Source: Acidimicrobiia bacterium (GTDB taxonomy: Bacteria > Actinomycetota > Acidimicrobiia > Spongiisociales > ZC4RG35). From it: a DNA stretch of 44,129 bases. Made by a program: the position numbers and the translations under genes. The stretch lies in assembly GCA_033720975.1 (NCBI GenBank), contig JAWWBL010000003.1, forward strand, positions 1-44,129. Direction: 5' to 3'. The notes below the pieces were generated by a model. It worked only from the letters and a program-made list of their open reading frames with translations. It was not told the DNA's origin and did not search any database. Shown in pieces: positions 29,178-38,460 of the stretch (position 1 is the stretch's first letter; every line of letters starts with the position of its first letter).

Positions 29178-30148
29178 CCTCGTACCGGGACGCCGGTATC
29201 GACATCGAGGCTGCCGACGGCCTGGTTCGATCTATCGCCTCCGATGTCGTGGCCACCTGGACCGAGAGGGTCGTCGGGCCATTTGGGGGGTTCGCTGCAG
29301 GTGTGGAGCTGCCCGATCGCTACAAGAGCCCCGTGATCATGATGTCCACCGACGGGGTCGGAACCAAGCTCGAATTGGCCCGGCGCTCCGGTCTCTGGTC
29401 CGGCGTCGGCCAGGACCTGGTGGCGATGTGCGTCGATGATCTCGCCGCGGCCGGCGCCACGCCCATCGGTTTCGTCGATTACCTGGCGGTGGGTGCCCTC
29501 CATCCCCCGAGAGATAGGGCGATCGTGGCCTCGGTGGCGGCCGCCTGCACACAGGCGCGCTGCCCGCTGCTCGGCGGTGAGACCGCCGAGCACCCGGGCG
29601 TCATGGCACCGGACGCCATCGACCTGGCAGGAACGGCGATGGGCGTTGTCGAGAAAGGGGAAGAGATCGGACCACATCTGGTCGGCGAGGGCGACCTGCT
29701 GGTAGGGCTCCGGTCCCCAAACCTGCGATCCAACGGGTTTTCCCTGGTCAGGGCGGTGTTCGGAGACGAAATCGACCAGCACATCGAGACACTCCTCGCC
29801 CCCTCCGTGATCTACTCGCCGACAGTCATTGAGGCCATTGGCCGAGGAGGCGTCCACTCCGCAGCACACATCACGGGTGGTGGGCTCGCTGCGAACGTTG
29901 GCCGCGCTCTCCCGGAAGGGCTTGGCGCAGTGATCGACTCGTCGGCGTGGAAGCGGCCCGAGATCTTCGACCTCGTAGCCGAGCGGGGCATCGAGGAGCC
30001 CGAGATGTTTCGCACGTTCAACATGGGCATCGGCTTCTGCATCGTGGCCGACCCGGACCGTGTAGACGACCTCGCGGCCGTGTTGGATCAGCACGACCCC
30101 GCTGTGTTGGGAAAGGTCGAGACCCGGAAGGGCGTCGAGGTTCGGTGA
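29174..30148 (+). CDS. purM: AIR synthetase (FGAM cyclo-ligase)
   Basis: Y.DAGIDI, STDGVGTK, DLVAMCVDD, GGETAEHPG, HITGGG, RTFNMGIG. Confidence 0.96.
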   Translation: MTSYRDAGIDIEAADGLVRSIASDVVATWTERVVGPFGGFAAGVELPDRYKSPVIMMSTDGVGTKLELARRSGLWSGVGQDLVAMCVDDLAAAGATPIGFVDYLAVGALHPPRDRAIVASVAAACTQARCPLLGGETAEHPGVMAPDAIDLAGTAMGVVEKGEEIGPHLVGEGDLLVGLRSPNLRSNGFSLVRAVFGDEIDQHIETLLAPSVIYSPTVIEAIGRGGVHSAAHITGGGLAANVGRALPEGLGAVIDSSAWKRPEIFDLVAERGIEEPEMFRTFNMGIGFCIVADPDRVDDLAAVLDQHDPAVLGKVETRKGVEVR

Positions 30149-30942
30149 GCTTCTCCGCGGCAACTTCGGTGAGGCCCGTGGGTAACGGGACATGGGAAGC
30201 CGAGATCGAGCCCGGATGGGACATATTCGGGATTGCCAACGGTGGGTATCTGCTGGCCATGGCAGCCCGGGCCATGGACAACGAGGCGCCGGACCGCCAC
30301 CTGGTGAGCATCTCAGCGCACTTCCTCAACCCAGGCAGACCCGGGCCGGTCACGATAGACGTCGAGCGGTTGAAGGAAGGCAGAGGCTTCACGACTCTGC
30401 GCGCCGACATGAGATCAGCCGAGCGGCCGCTCCTCACCGCCTTGGCGAGCTTCGCCAATCCGGACCGTGAGTTATCAGAGGCCACGTTGATGCATGGCGC
30501 GGCACCGGATTTGCCTCCACGCTCGGATTGCATCCGGGCAGTTCACTCTCCCCCGGATCTGTTCCCTCCTCCGTTCGTAGACAAAGTCGAGCTGCTGTTC
30601 CACCCCAAGGACGCGGCCAACCTGCGTTTGCATCAGGCGAGCTCCGCCCGTGTGCGGGGCTGGATGCGCCTACTCGACGGCGAACAGGCAGATGCCATGG
30701 CTCTCGTCATGGCCGCGGATGGATTCCCCCCGGCGATTTTCACGACGAGCCTTCCGATGAATTGGACCCCAACCCTCGACTTGACCGTTCACATCCGTAA
30801 CTCGGAGCCCGCCGAATGGCTCAAGATGGAGAGCAAAACCAGATTCGTCACAGGTGGGCTCCTCGAGGAGGACGTCGAGATCTGGAGCGAGAGCGGGGAT
30901 TTGCTTGCGCACTCGCGGCAACTAGCCCTGGTGCCCTCCTAG
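30145..30942 (+). CDS. Acyl-CoA thioesterase (double hotdog) family protein
   Basis: W...G.ANGGY, HFL.P...GP, AADGFPP, PTLDLTVH, HSRQLA. GTGA overlap with purM. Confidence 0.85.
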   Translation: MSFSAATSVRPVGNGTWEAEIEPGWDIFGIANGGYLLAMAARAMDNEAPDRHLVSISAHFLNPGRPGPVTIDVERLKEGRGFTTLRADMRSAERPLLTALASFANPDRELSEATLMHGAAPDLPPRSDCIRAVHSPPDLFPPPFVDKVELLFHPKDAANLRLHQASSARVRGWMRLLDGEQADAMALVMAADGFPPAIFTTSLPMNWTPTLDLTVHIRNSEPAEWLKMESKTRFVTGGLLEEDVEIWSESGDLLAHSRQLALVPS

Positions 30943-31941
30943 CACCTCTTCCAGTTCCGAGATCAGGTCTGCTTTTCGCTCCTCTTCGAGGAACGATGAA
31001 ACGATCGAGTTCCGGGCAATCTGGCCCAACTGCGCAGCGCCAAAGCCGAGGGACTCGACCAGCCCCACGTAGTTGTCCCCGACATACCCGCCGAAGTAGG
31101 CAGGGTCGTCCGAGTTGGCGCTGACCACGAGACCCTGGTTGAGCATCGTCGGCAGGGGGTGATCCTCGAGCCGATCCACAACCCGCAAGGCGACATTGGA
31201 GAGCGGACACACCGTCAGCGGGACCTGGTCGCGTTTCAGTCGCTCGACCAGTTGCGGATCCTCGAGGCTGCGCACTCCGTGGTCGACTCGCTCCACTCCC
31301 AAGATGTCCAGCGAGCCCCACACATAACCCGGCGGGCCCTCCTCCCCGGCGTGGGCCACTGCCCTGAGCCCGAGGTCCCTTGCCATGTCGTAGGCGCCGG
31401 AGAACAGCTCGGGGGGATGGTTCAGCTCAGTCGAATCGAGGCCGACTGCGATCACGCCTTCAAGATGGGGCTCGGCCACGGCGATGGTGGTTTCCGCCTC
31501 GTCACCGCCGAGATGCCTGAGGAAGCAGAGAATCATGTCGGTGCTGATCCCTAACGAAGACCGAGCATCAGCGATGGCCGCCCTGAATCCTGGCATGAAC
31601 ACCTCGAAACCGATCCCACGAGCGGTATGTGTCTGGGGATCGAAGAACACTTCGGCGTGGCGGACGCCATCGGTCGATGCGCGGCTGAGATATTGGAACA
31701 TGAGGTCGTAGAAGTCCCTCTCAGTCTGCAGGACCGCTGCCCCCTGGTAATAGATGTCCAGAAAGGACTGCAGGTCGGTGAAGCTATACGCCTCCCTGGT
31801 GGCATCGACGCTCTCGAAGGGAAGGTCGAACCCGTTGCGCTCGCCGAGTCCGAACATCATCTCAGGTTCGAGGGTCCCCTCGATGTGAACATGAAGCTCG
31901 GTCTTGGGAAGGGATCGGATGAAATCGAGGTCTGGTGTCAC
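30922..31941 (-). CDS. Adenine/adenosine deaminase (amidohydrolase; adenine deaminase-like)
   Basis: LPKTELHVHIEGTLEPE, FTDLQSFLDIYY, AHAGEE, RVDHG, CPLSN, NSDDPAYF. GTGA overlap with the xdh large subunit. Confidence 0.92.
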   Translation of the reverse strand: MTPDLDFIRSLPKTELHVHIEGTLEPEMMFGLGERNGFDLPFESVDATREAYSFTDLQSFLDIYYQGAAVLQTERDFYDLMFQYLSRASTDGVRHAEVFFDPQTHTARGIGFEVFMPGFRAAIADARSSLGISTDMILCFLRHLGGDEAETTIAVAEPHLEGVIAVGLDSTELNHPPELFSGAYDMARDLGLRAVAHAGEEGPPGYVWGSLDILGVERVDHGVRSLEDPQLVERLKRDQVPLTVCPLSNVALRVVDRLEDHPLPTMLNQGLVVSANSDDPAYFGGYVGDNYVGLVESLGFGAAQLGQIARNSIVSSFLEEERKADLISELEEVLGGHQG

Positions 31942-34148
31942 AGTGCGATGTCCTGGGGCCGAACCGGGATCCTGGTGATTGGCTTTCGAGAGGCGTCCCT
32001 GATCGCGGCAGCCACCGCCGCCGTGGACGAGATCGTAGGCGGCTCTCCCACACCCTTTGCCCCGAAGGGGCCCCACGAGCCCTCGTTCTCGATGAGAAGC
32101 GCCTCAACGTCGGGAGCGTCGAGGATGGTGGGAAGCAAATAGTCGGTGAAGTTGGGGTTCAGGATGATGCCGTCCTCGATCACCAGCTCCTCCATGATCG
32201 CCAGGCCGACGCCCTGAAGGATCCCACCCTCGATCTGGCCGCGGACCGACTCGGGATTCAGCGCGAGGCCGACGTCCTGGGCAGTGTCGACCCTCACCAC
32301 GCGGACCAAGCCGAGTTCGACGTCCACGTCGACAACTGCTCTATGACCGGCCACGGCGAGGTCGGCGTGGGCCCTGCCCTGACCTTCTTCGTCAGGCACA
32401 TCCGTCGGCGGGTGACGGAAGGTAAATGTCTCTTCCCAGCCTTCGTTCAAGAGGATGGCCAGCGGGACGATCACCTCACCGTTCCGGAGCACGCCGCGGT
32501 CATCGATGTCATCCCCATCATGGCGATCGAGAATGCGTTCCCGCAGCCTGGTCGCTGCGCCATGCACTGCCCCACCGGTCATCATCGTCTGACGGGAAGC
32601 CGAGGTAGATCCCGCTTCATCGATAAGCGACGTGTCGACGAGGCGCACGCTGAACTCGCTCAGACCCAAGACCGACCGGGCGATCTGAGCCATCACCGTC
32701 ACCAACCCTTGACCGATCTCGGCGGCGGCAGTTTCGACGACGCCGCCTTCCGAAGCGAGAGTCACCCGGGCCTCTGCGTAGTCGTCAAATCCTTCTGAGA
32801 AGCCGAGGTTCTTGATCCCGAATCCGTAGCCAACGCCACGCACCACGTGTCGCTCTTCCGACGTGAGCCCGGATCCCCCAGGAAGGTCTGCCCGCTCGTC
32901 GTCGGGCATGGGCATCGCGGCGAGTGAATCGATGATCTCGATCAGTGGGATTGGAGTGTCGAGCAGTTGGCCGTTGGTGGAGAATCGGTCTCCGGTCTCG
33001 AGTGCATTGATCCTACGGATCTCCAGCGGATGCATTCCTAGGGCGTTGGCCAGCCTGTCCATCTGGGCCTCGTGCCCGAAACATGCCTGGACGGCGCCAA
33101 AGCCACGCATCGCTCCGCACGGCGGATTGTTGGTTCTCGTTCCGACTCCGTCGATCGCCACCGACTGAACCCGGTAGGGGCCTGCGGCGAACGAGCAAGC
33201 ATTTCCGAGGACCGCCGAGGTAGTGGACAGATAAGCACCGCCGTCCATGACCAGCTTCGCCTCGACCCTCACCAGTTTGCCGTCCTCGTCAGCCTCGTGC
33301 CTCATCCACATCCGGGCCGGGTGACGGTGAACGTGACCGGTGAACGACTCCGATCGGTGGTAGACCATCTTCACGGGTCTGCCGGTGTGAAGGGCCAGCA
33401 TGCAGAGATGGATGTGCAGATTGACGTCCTCGCGGGCGCCGAAGGCACCGCCTACGCCGGCGGGGTGCGATCGGACCTGGTCGGATCTCAGTCCAAGGCT
33501 CGAGACAACCTGGTTCCGGTCGACATGGAGGAACTGGCTCGTGGCATAGAGATCCACCCCACCCGATCCGTCAGGAACGGCCAACCCCGCTTCGGTGCCG
33601 AGTGGTGCCTGGTCCTGCATTCCGACCTCGTAGTAACCCTCGACCACGACCGAGCCCCTCGCGCTCTGGTCTCCACGCCTGATTCGGACCCTCCGAAAGA
33701 CTTCGTCCTTGGCGTCAGCCTCCTCTGGATCCGAGAGAGGCTCAAGGATCTCATACTCCACGGCGACAGCATCTGCGGCCATCCTGGCGGTTAGATGATC
33801 CTCGGCTGCAACGATCGCCACCGGCTCGCCGAAGTAGTTGACCATGTCCTGTGCGAGGACCGGCTGGTCGGCATGCTCGAGGCCGAACAGACCCGGTCCG
33901 GATACGTCATCGGCGGTGAGCACTGCATGTACTCCCCCTATTGCCAGCGCCGGGCCGATATCGATCGAAACAATGCGAGCACGAGGGTGCGGGCTCCTGG
34001 TCGTAGCGCCCCAGAGCATCCCATCGGCCTCCAGATCCTGGGCGTATTCGTACTCACCTCGGAGCTTCGGCGCGCTGTCTGCTCTGATGGGCGACTCGCC
34101 GATGCCCTTAGCGACGACGGGGACGGTTCGACGCGCAGTGGTCGTCAT
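31938..34148 (-). CDS. pucD: Xanthine dehydrogenase molybdopterin-binding subunit
   Basis: GGAFGARE, GAMRGFG, TSASRQT, GQIEGG, AKGVGEPP. The catalytic Glu/Arg/Glu equivalents appear retained. Confidence 0.88.
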   Translation of the reverse strand: MTTTARRTVPVVAKGIGESPIRADSAPKLRGEYEYAQDLEADGMLWGATTRSPHPRARIVSIDIGPALAIGGVHAVLTADDVSGPGLFGLEHADQPVLAQDMVNYFGEPVAIVAAEDHLTARMAADAVAVEYEILEPLSDPEEADAKDEVFRRVRIRRGDQSARGSVVVEGYYEVGMQDQAPLGTEAGLAVPDGSGGVDLYATSQFLHVDRNQVVSSLGLRSDQVRSHPAGVGGAFGAREDVNLHIHLCMLALHTGRPVKMVYHRSESFTGHVHRHPARMWMRHEADEDGKLVRVEAKLVMDGGAYLSTTSAVLGNACSFAAGPYRVQSVAIDGVGTRTNNPPCGAMRGFGAVQACFGHEAQMDRLANALGMHPLEIRRINALETGDRFSTNGQLLDTPIPLIEIIDSLAAMPMPDDERADLPGGSGLTSEERHVVRGVGYGFGIKNLGFSEGFDDYAEARVTLASEGGVVETAAAEIGQGLVTVMAQIARSVLGLSEFSVRLVDTSLIDEAGSTSASRQTMMTGGAVHGAATRLRERILDRHDGDDIDDRGVLRNGEVIVPLAILLNEGWEETFTFRHPPTDVPDEEGQGRAHADLAVAGHRAVVDVDVELGLVRVVRVDTAQDVGLALNPESVRGQIEGGILQGVGLAIMEELVIEDGIILNPNFTDYLLPTILDAPDVEALLIENEGSWGPFGAKGVGEPPTISSTAAVAAAIRDASRKPITRIPVRPQDIAL

Positions 34149-34606
34149 GATCGGGCCTTCGCGAGGCTTTCGAGACCGCGGATGATCGCACCATATCCGG
34201 TGCATCGGCAGATGTTTCCTGCCAAGGCTTCCTTGATCTCTGCGGTGCTTGGGCTCGGGTTGGAGCGGAACAGCTCCGAAGCGGCCACCACTATGCCCGG
34301 AGTACAGAACCCGCACTGCACGGCGCCGGCCTCGTGGAGCGCTTCCTGCAGATCGGAGAGCTCGCCATCGGGGGACAGCCCCTCAACGGTGGTCAGCTCA
34401 GAACCTTCCACGTCGGCCGCCATCACCAGGCAGGAACAGACAACCTCGCCGTCGAGGATCACCGAACAGGAGCCGCATTCACCTTGTTCACAGGCGTCCT
34501 TGGAACCGGGATGGTCGAGATCGTTGCGCAGAACGTCGAGCAGGCTTCTGGGTTTGAGCACGCGCGCCGTCGTCTCCTCGCCGTTCAACCGGAATGTGAT
34601 GATCAT
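34145..34606 (-). CDS. pucE: Xanthine dehydrogenase 2x[2Fe-2S] subunit
   Basis: CEQGECGSC...SCL, QCGFCTPG, GNICRCTGY. Confidence 0.9.
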   Translation of the reverse strand: MIITFRLNGEETTARVLKPRSLLDVLRNDLDHPGSKDACEQGECGSCSVILDGEVVCSCLVMAADVEGSELTTVEGLSPDGELSDLQEALHEAGAVQCGFCTPGIVVAASELFRSNPSPSTAEIKEALAGNICRCTGYGAIIRGLESLAKARS

Positions 34607-35397
34607 GACAGACACCTCTCGAGGAGTCGGCGTGCCAGCACCCCGGCGGCGTGGCGCCGGTACTCGGCCGTCGACCGGTGGTCGGTTATGGGGCGGACCT
34701 CCTCGGACACCAACCTCTGGAACTCGTCGAGGTCGGACTCGGTCGGCGAGCTGACGGCCGAGATCATCTGCTCAGCAAGGGATGCCCTCATCGGCGTGGG
34801 CGCCACCGAGCCCAGCGCCACTCGTGTGGACCCATCATCGTCACGAGTGACGACACAGCACACGGTGGCGATCACCATGGCGTTGCGAACACCCACCTTG
34901 GCGAAGGCGTGGCGCTCCGGCAGCCGTTCCGGGAGGTGGACAGCCGTGATCAGCTCGTCCTCGCCGAGCGACGTGGTTTTCACTCCCGTGAAGAACTCCC
35001 TCCAGGGAATCAACCTGGACCCCGAAGCCGAGGCCGCCTCGATCGTCGCGTCGACCGCGGCGAGGAAGGGATGGCCGTCACCAGCCGGACTTGCCGTGGC
35101 CAGGTTGCCCCCGATCGTGCCGGCATTTCTTATTTGCGGCGACCCCACCGTTCTTGCCGCCTCAGCTAGAGCTCTTGGCCCATCTCGTTCGATCCGCCGC
35201 CAGGTCACACCCGATCCGATTCGGTTGCCTTCCCATTGCCTTAGTTCCTCGACCCGCCTGAGCCCGACAACATGCTCAGGACTCCGGTGACCAAAGTTCA
35301 CCTCCACCATCAGGTCAGTACCACCAGCTAGAGGGGTGGCGCCGTTGGCGACGGCTGCGAGAGCGTCGTCGAGATCTACCGGGTGGTGAACCTGCAC
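34603..35397 (-). CDS. pucC: Xanthine dehydrogenase FAD-binding subunit
   Basis: LAGGTDL, QIRNAGTIGGNL..ASPAGD, PITDHRSTAEYRR. GTG lies 7 nt after TAGCGT. Confidence 0.88.
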   Translation of the reverse strand: MQVHHPVDLDDALAAVANGATPLAGGTDLMVEVNFGHRSPEHVVGLRRVEELRQWEGNRIGSGVTWRRIERDGPRALAEAARTVGSPQIRNAGTIGGNLATASPAGDGHPFLAAVDATIEAASASGSRLIPWREFFTGVKTTSLGEDELITAVHLPERLPERHAFAKVGVRNAMVIATVCCVVTRDDDGSTRVALGSVAPTPMRASLAEQMISAVSSPTESDLDEFQRLVSEEVRPITDHRSTAEYRRHAAGVLARRLLERCLS

Positions 35398-35407
35398 AAT
35401 CGGGACG

Positions 35408-36766
35408 CTACTCAAGCAAACTCGCCGCAAGAGAGTTCTGACGGGCGACCAACTCGTCGACGCCCACTCCGACCACCTGGCGTTCCCGGACCAGGGGTTG
35501 ACCACCGACCCATGAGTGGTCGATGGAAACGGGGCCACAGAGAAGTGACGCAGCCACTGGATCGTGCAGTGCTCCGGCGAACTCGATTCGATTGAGATCG
35601 ATGGCGATCAGGTCCGCGGCATACCCAGGTGCCAGGATTCCGACGTCATCTCTGCCGAGCACCTCCGCACCCCCAACCGTGGCCAGCCGCAGAGCCTGGC
35701 GGGCTGTCATCTGTTCGCCCTCACCAATACCGTAAGAAACGGCCAGCCGATTCAAGAGCAGCGCCTGGCGCGCCTCGCCGATCATATGGGAAGCGTCGTT
35801 CGACGCAGAGCCGTCCACCCCCAAGCCGACTCGCACGCCCGCGTCGAGATAGCGAGCGACCGGAGCCAGCCCCGAGGCCAGACGCATATTGGATGTAGGG
35901 CAATGGGCAACCCCCGTGCCCGACTCTCCCATTCGCTCGACCTCGTCAGCCGCCACGTGCACGGCATGGGCATACCACACGTCCCGCCCGGTCCAGCCCA
36001 GCCGCTCCATGTAGGCAACCGGCCGGCAGCCGAAGTTCTCGATGCAGAACTCTTCCTCGTCACCGGTCTCGGCGAGATGGGTGTGGAGCGTGACGCCCAG
36101 TTCCCGGGCCAGCCGCGCCGACTCCGTCATCAACTCCGAGGTCACCGAGAAAGGCGAGCAAGGGGCCAGAACCACCCTTCTGAGCGATCCTCTGTCCGGG
36201 TCGTGGAACAGCTCGACTGCTCGAGCCGACTCCTCCAGGATCGTGTCTTCGTCCGAGACGACCGAGTCCGGGGGGAGACCTCCGTCCGACTCGCCCAGGC
36301 TCATCGAGCCATAGGACGCATGAAACCGGATGTTCAACGAATCGGCGCCTTCGAACTGGTCGTCGATGCGGCTCCCGTTGGGCCACAGATATTGGTGGTC
36401 GAAGACCGTGGTGGCGCCGCTGAGGGCCAGTTCGACGAGTCCGAGCCTGGTAGCCGAACGAACGTGTTCAGGAGTCAACCGGGCCCAAATCGGATAGAGG
36501 GTGCGCAACCAGTCGAAGAGCCCCGAGTCCTGGGCACCGGGCAGGGACCTGGTGAGAGTTTGGTAGAGGTGGTGGTGGGTGTTGACCAGTCCGGGCAGGA
36601 CCAGGTAGCCCGTGAGGTCGACGACTTCGTCAGCCTCATCCGGAAGCTCCGATGTGCGCCCCACCTGGCTGATCCAGCCGTCCTCGGCGTAGAGCCCCCC
36701 GCCTTCGAGCTCATCGCCATCCATGGTCGCCAGGATGGCTGCGTTTTTGACGAGGAGGCTTGTCAT
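35408..36766 (-). CDS. 8-oxoguanine deaminase family amidohydrolase
   Basis: PGLVNTHHHLYQ, APCSPFSV, HTHLAET, HCPTSNMRL, GVDGSASND. Confidence 0.88.
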   Translation of the reverse strand: MTSLLVKNAAILATMDGDELEGGGLYAEDGWISQVGRTSELPDEADEVVDLTGYLVLPGLVNTHHHLYQTLTRSLPGAQDSGLFDWLRTLYPIWARLTPEHVRSATRLGLVELALSGATTVFDHQYLWPNGSRIDDQFEGADSLNIRFHASYGSMSLGESDGGLPPDSVVSDEDTILEESARAVELFHDPDRGSLRRVVLAPCSPFSVTSELMTESARLARELGVTLHTHLAETGDEEEFCIENFGCRPVAYMERLGWTGRDVWYAHAVHVAADEVERMGESGTGVAHCPTSNMRLASGLAPVARYLDAGVRVGLGVDGSASNDASHMIGEARQALLLNRLAVSYGIGEGEQMTARQALRLATVGGAEVLGRDDVGILAPGYAADLIAIDLNRIEFAGALHDPVAASLLCGPVSIDHSWVGGQPLVRERQVVGVGVDELVARQNSLAASLLE

Positions 36767-36803
36767 CGGCAAGAAGCTAATGCTCGCCATAGAGTCCCGC
36801 CCG

Positions 36804-38129
36804 ATGACGTTCACCGAAAAATCCCTGGAAGGTTGGTCCGCTCGGCTCCACGGAGCGGCGGAGCGGGTGGCGTCGGCGTACCCGGGGGAGGGCCCGGAGC
36901 GACAGCCGGTGCACACGGTTTACGGCGGTGCGCAGCTGTTCAAATCCTCGACGCCGCGCAAGCTGGGCGAGCTTGCCCTTCGCTCGGTTTCCGAATGGCT
37001 GAAGGACGAGCAAATGCTGGCAGAGGTGACGGGGATGTCTTCCGACCTTGCGAGCGTCGTGTATCCGAAGATCCTGGAAAAGCTGGAGCGGGAGCCTGTG
37101 GAGGACTTTCGGATCGACTTCGAGGACGGTTACGGGCACCGGCCCGATGACGAGGAGGACGGACATGCCCGTTCCACGGCCGCGGAGGTCGCTGGTGGAA
37201 TGGAAGAGGGCACCCTGTCGCCCTTCATCGGGATACGGGTGAAGTCACTGTCTGGTGAGCTGCACAGGAGAGCGTTGAGGACCCTCGACCTTTTCGTGAC
37301 ATCACTGGTCGAGGAGTCCGGATCGCTTCCCGATGGATTCGTTGTCACCCTTCCCAAGATCCAGGACGTCGACCAGGTGAAGGTGTTTTCAGAGGCTCTG
37401 GCCGAACTCGAGTCTGCCCTCGGTTGCGGGACGATCCCATTGGAGCTGATGGTCGAGACGCCCCAGACCGTGATCGATCGTGAAGGCGCAAGCGGAGTCC
37501 GCCACTACACCGACGCGGCCGAGGGAAGGGTGCGCGGCGCCCATTTCGGCACCTACGACTACACCGCGTCGATGAACATCACCGCGGCGTACCAGACGAT
37601 GGATCACGCCGCGTGTGACTTTGCCCGGCACATGCTTCAGGTCAGTCTTGCCGGGACCGAGGTCTGGCTGTCGGACGGGGCTACAAACGTGATGCCGGTG
37701 CCGGTCCACCGGGGGGAGGATCTGACGGCGGGCCAGGTCGAGGAGAACCGGGCCACGGTCCATGGCGCGATGAGGTTGCACTACGAGCATGTGCGTCACT
37801 CGCTATCCCATGCCTATTACCAAGGCTGGGATCTTCATCCCGCGCAGCTTGCGACCCGGTACGCCGCGGTGTACGGGTTCTTCCTGGAAGGGTTGGATCG
37901 AGCTGGGGAGAGGTTGTACAACTTCGTCGAGTCGGCGGCAAAAGCCACGCTGGTAGGCGAGGTCTTCGACGACGCGGCCACCGGTCAGGGCCTGTTGAAC
38001 TACTTCCTGCGCGCTATCAACTGCGGGGCGATCACCGAGGAGGAGGCCACGGCCAGATCCGGGCTCACCGTGGACGAGCTCCGCACCCGCTCCTTCCTCC
38101 GCATCCTGGAGGGCCGCAAGGCGGATTGA
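36804..38129 (+). CDS. Uncharacterised HpcH/HpaI aldolase-citrate lyase-fold enzyme (DUF6986-like)
   Basis: RQPVHTVYGGA, EDFRIDFEDGYG, VTLPK, ELMVETPQ, HFGTYDYTA, LSDGATN, YYQGWDLHPAQ. Confidence 0.8.
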   Translation: MTFTEKSLEGWSARLHGAAERVASAYPGEGPERQPVHTVYGGAQLFKSSTPRKLGELALRSVSEWLKDEQMLAEVTGMSSDLASVVYPKILEKLEREPVEDFRIDFEDGYGHRPDDEEDGHARSTAAEVAGGMEEGTLSPFIGIRVKSLSGELHRRALRTLDLFVTSLVEESGSLPDGFVVTLPKIQDVDQVKVFSEALAELESALGCGTIPLELMVETPQTVIDREGASGVRHYTDAAEGRVRGAHFGTYDYTASMNITAAYQTMDHAACDFARHMLQVSLAGTEVWLSDGATNVMPVPVHRGEDLTAGQVEENRATVHGAMRLHYEHVRHSLSHAYYQGWDLHPAQLATRYAAVYGFFLEGLDRAGERLYNFVESAAKATLVGEVFDDAATGQGLLNYFLRAINCGAITEEEATARSGLTVDELRTRSFLRILEGRKAD

Positions 38130-38145
38130 CCCCTCTCTCAACCCT

Positions 38146-38460
38146 TTAGGAGCCGCGGTAGGTCGTGTAGCCGTGCCCGGAGAGCAGGAGAGGGACGTGG
38201 TAGTGGTCGCGGGAGCCGTCCACCACGAACACCACATGGACAAATGGATAGAACTCGTTGCCGGCCGCACCCGTCTCGAACCCCAGCCGGTAGGTCCCGG
38301 GACCGAGATCCCCAAAGCCTCCTGCGCGGCCGTCGGAATCGGTGACAGCCTCGCTCAACCGGGACCACCCGGAGCCGTCACGCACGGACACGTGAACTGA
38401 CATCCCGCTGACCGGGACTCCCCTTTCGGTGTCTAGGACATGGGTGGTGAGAGTGCTCAC
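38146..38460 (-). CDS. uraH: 5-hydroxyisourate hydrolase
   Basis: TTHVLD, TDSDGR, HYHVPLL and C-terminal YRGS. Confidence 0.95.
   Translation of the reverse strand: MSTLTTHVLDTERGVPVSGMSVHVSVRDGSGWSRLSEAVTDSDGRAGGFGDLGPGTYRLGFETGAAGNEFYPFVHVVFVVDGSRDHYHVPLLLSGHGYTTYRGS

Noticed and set aside
27801-30193. 407-aa and 356-aa minus-strand ORFs
   Set aside because: Antisense shadows of purF and purM.
35564-37150. 528-aa plus-strand ORF
   Set aside because: Antisense shadow of the 8-oxoguanine deaminase that runs out of frame into the gene at 36804, with no domain features.
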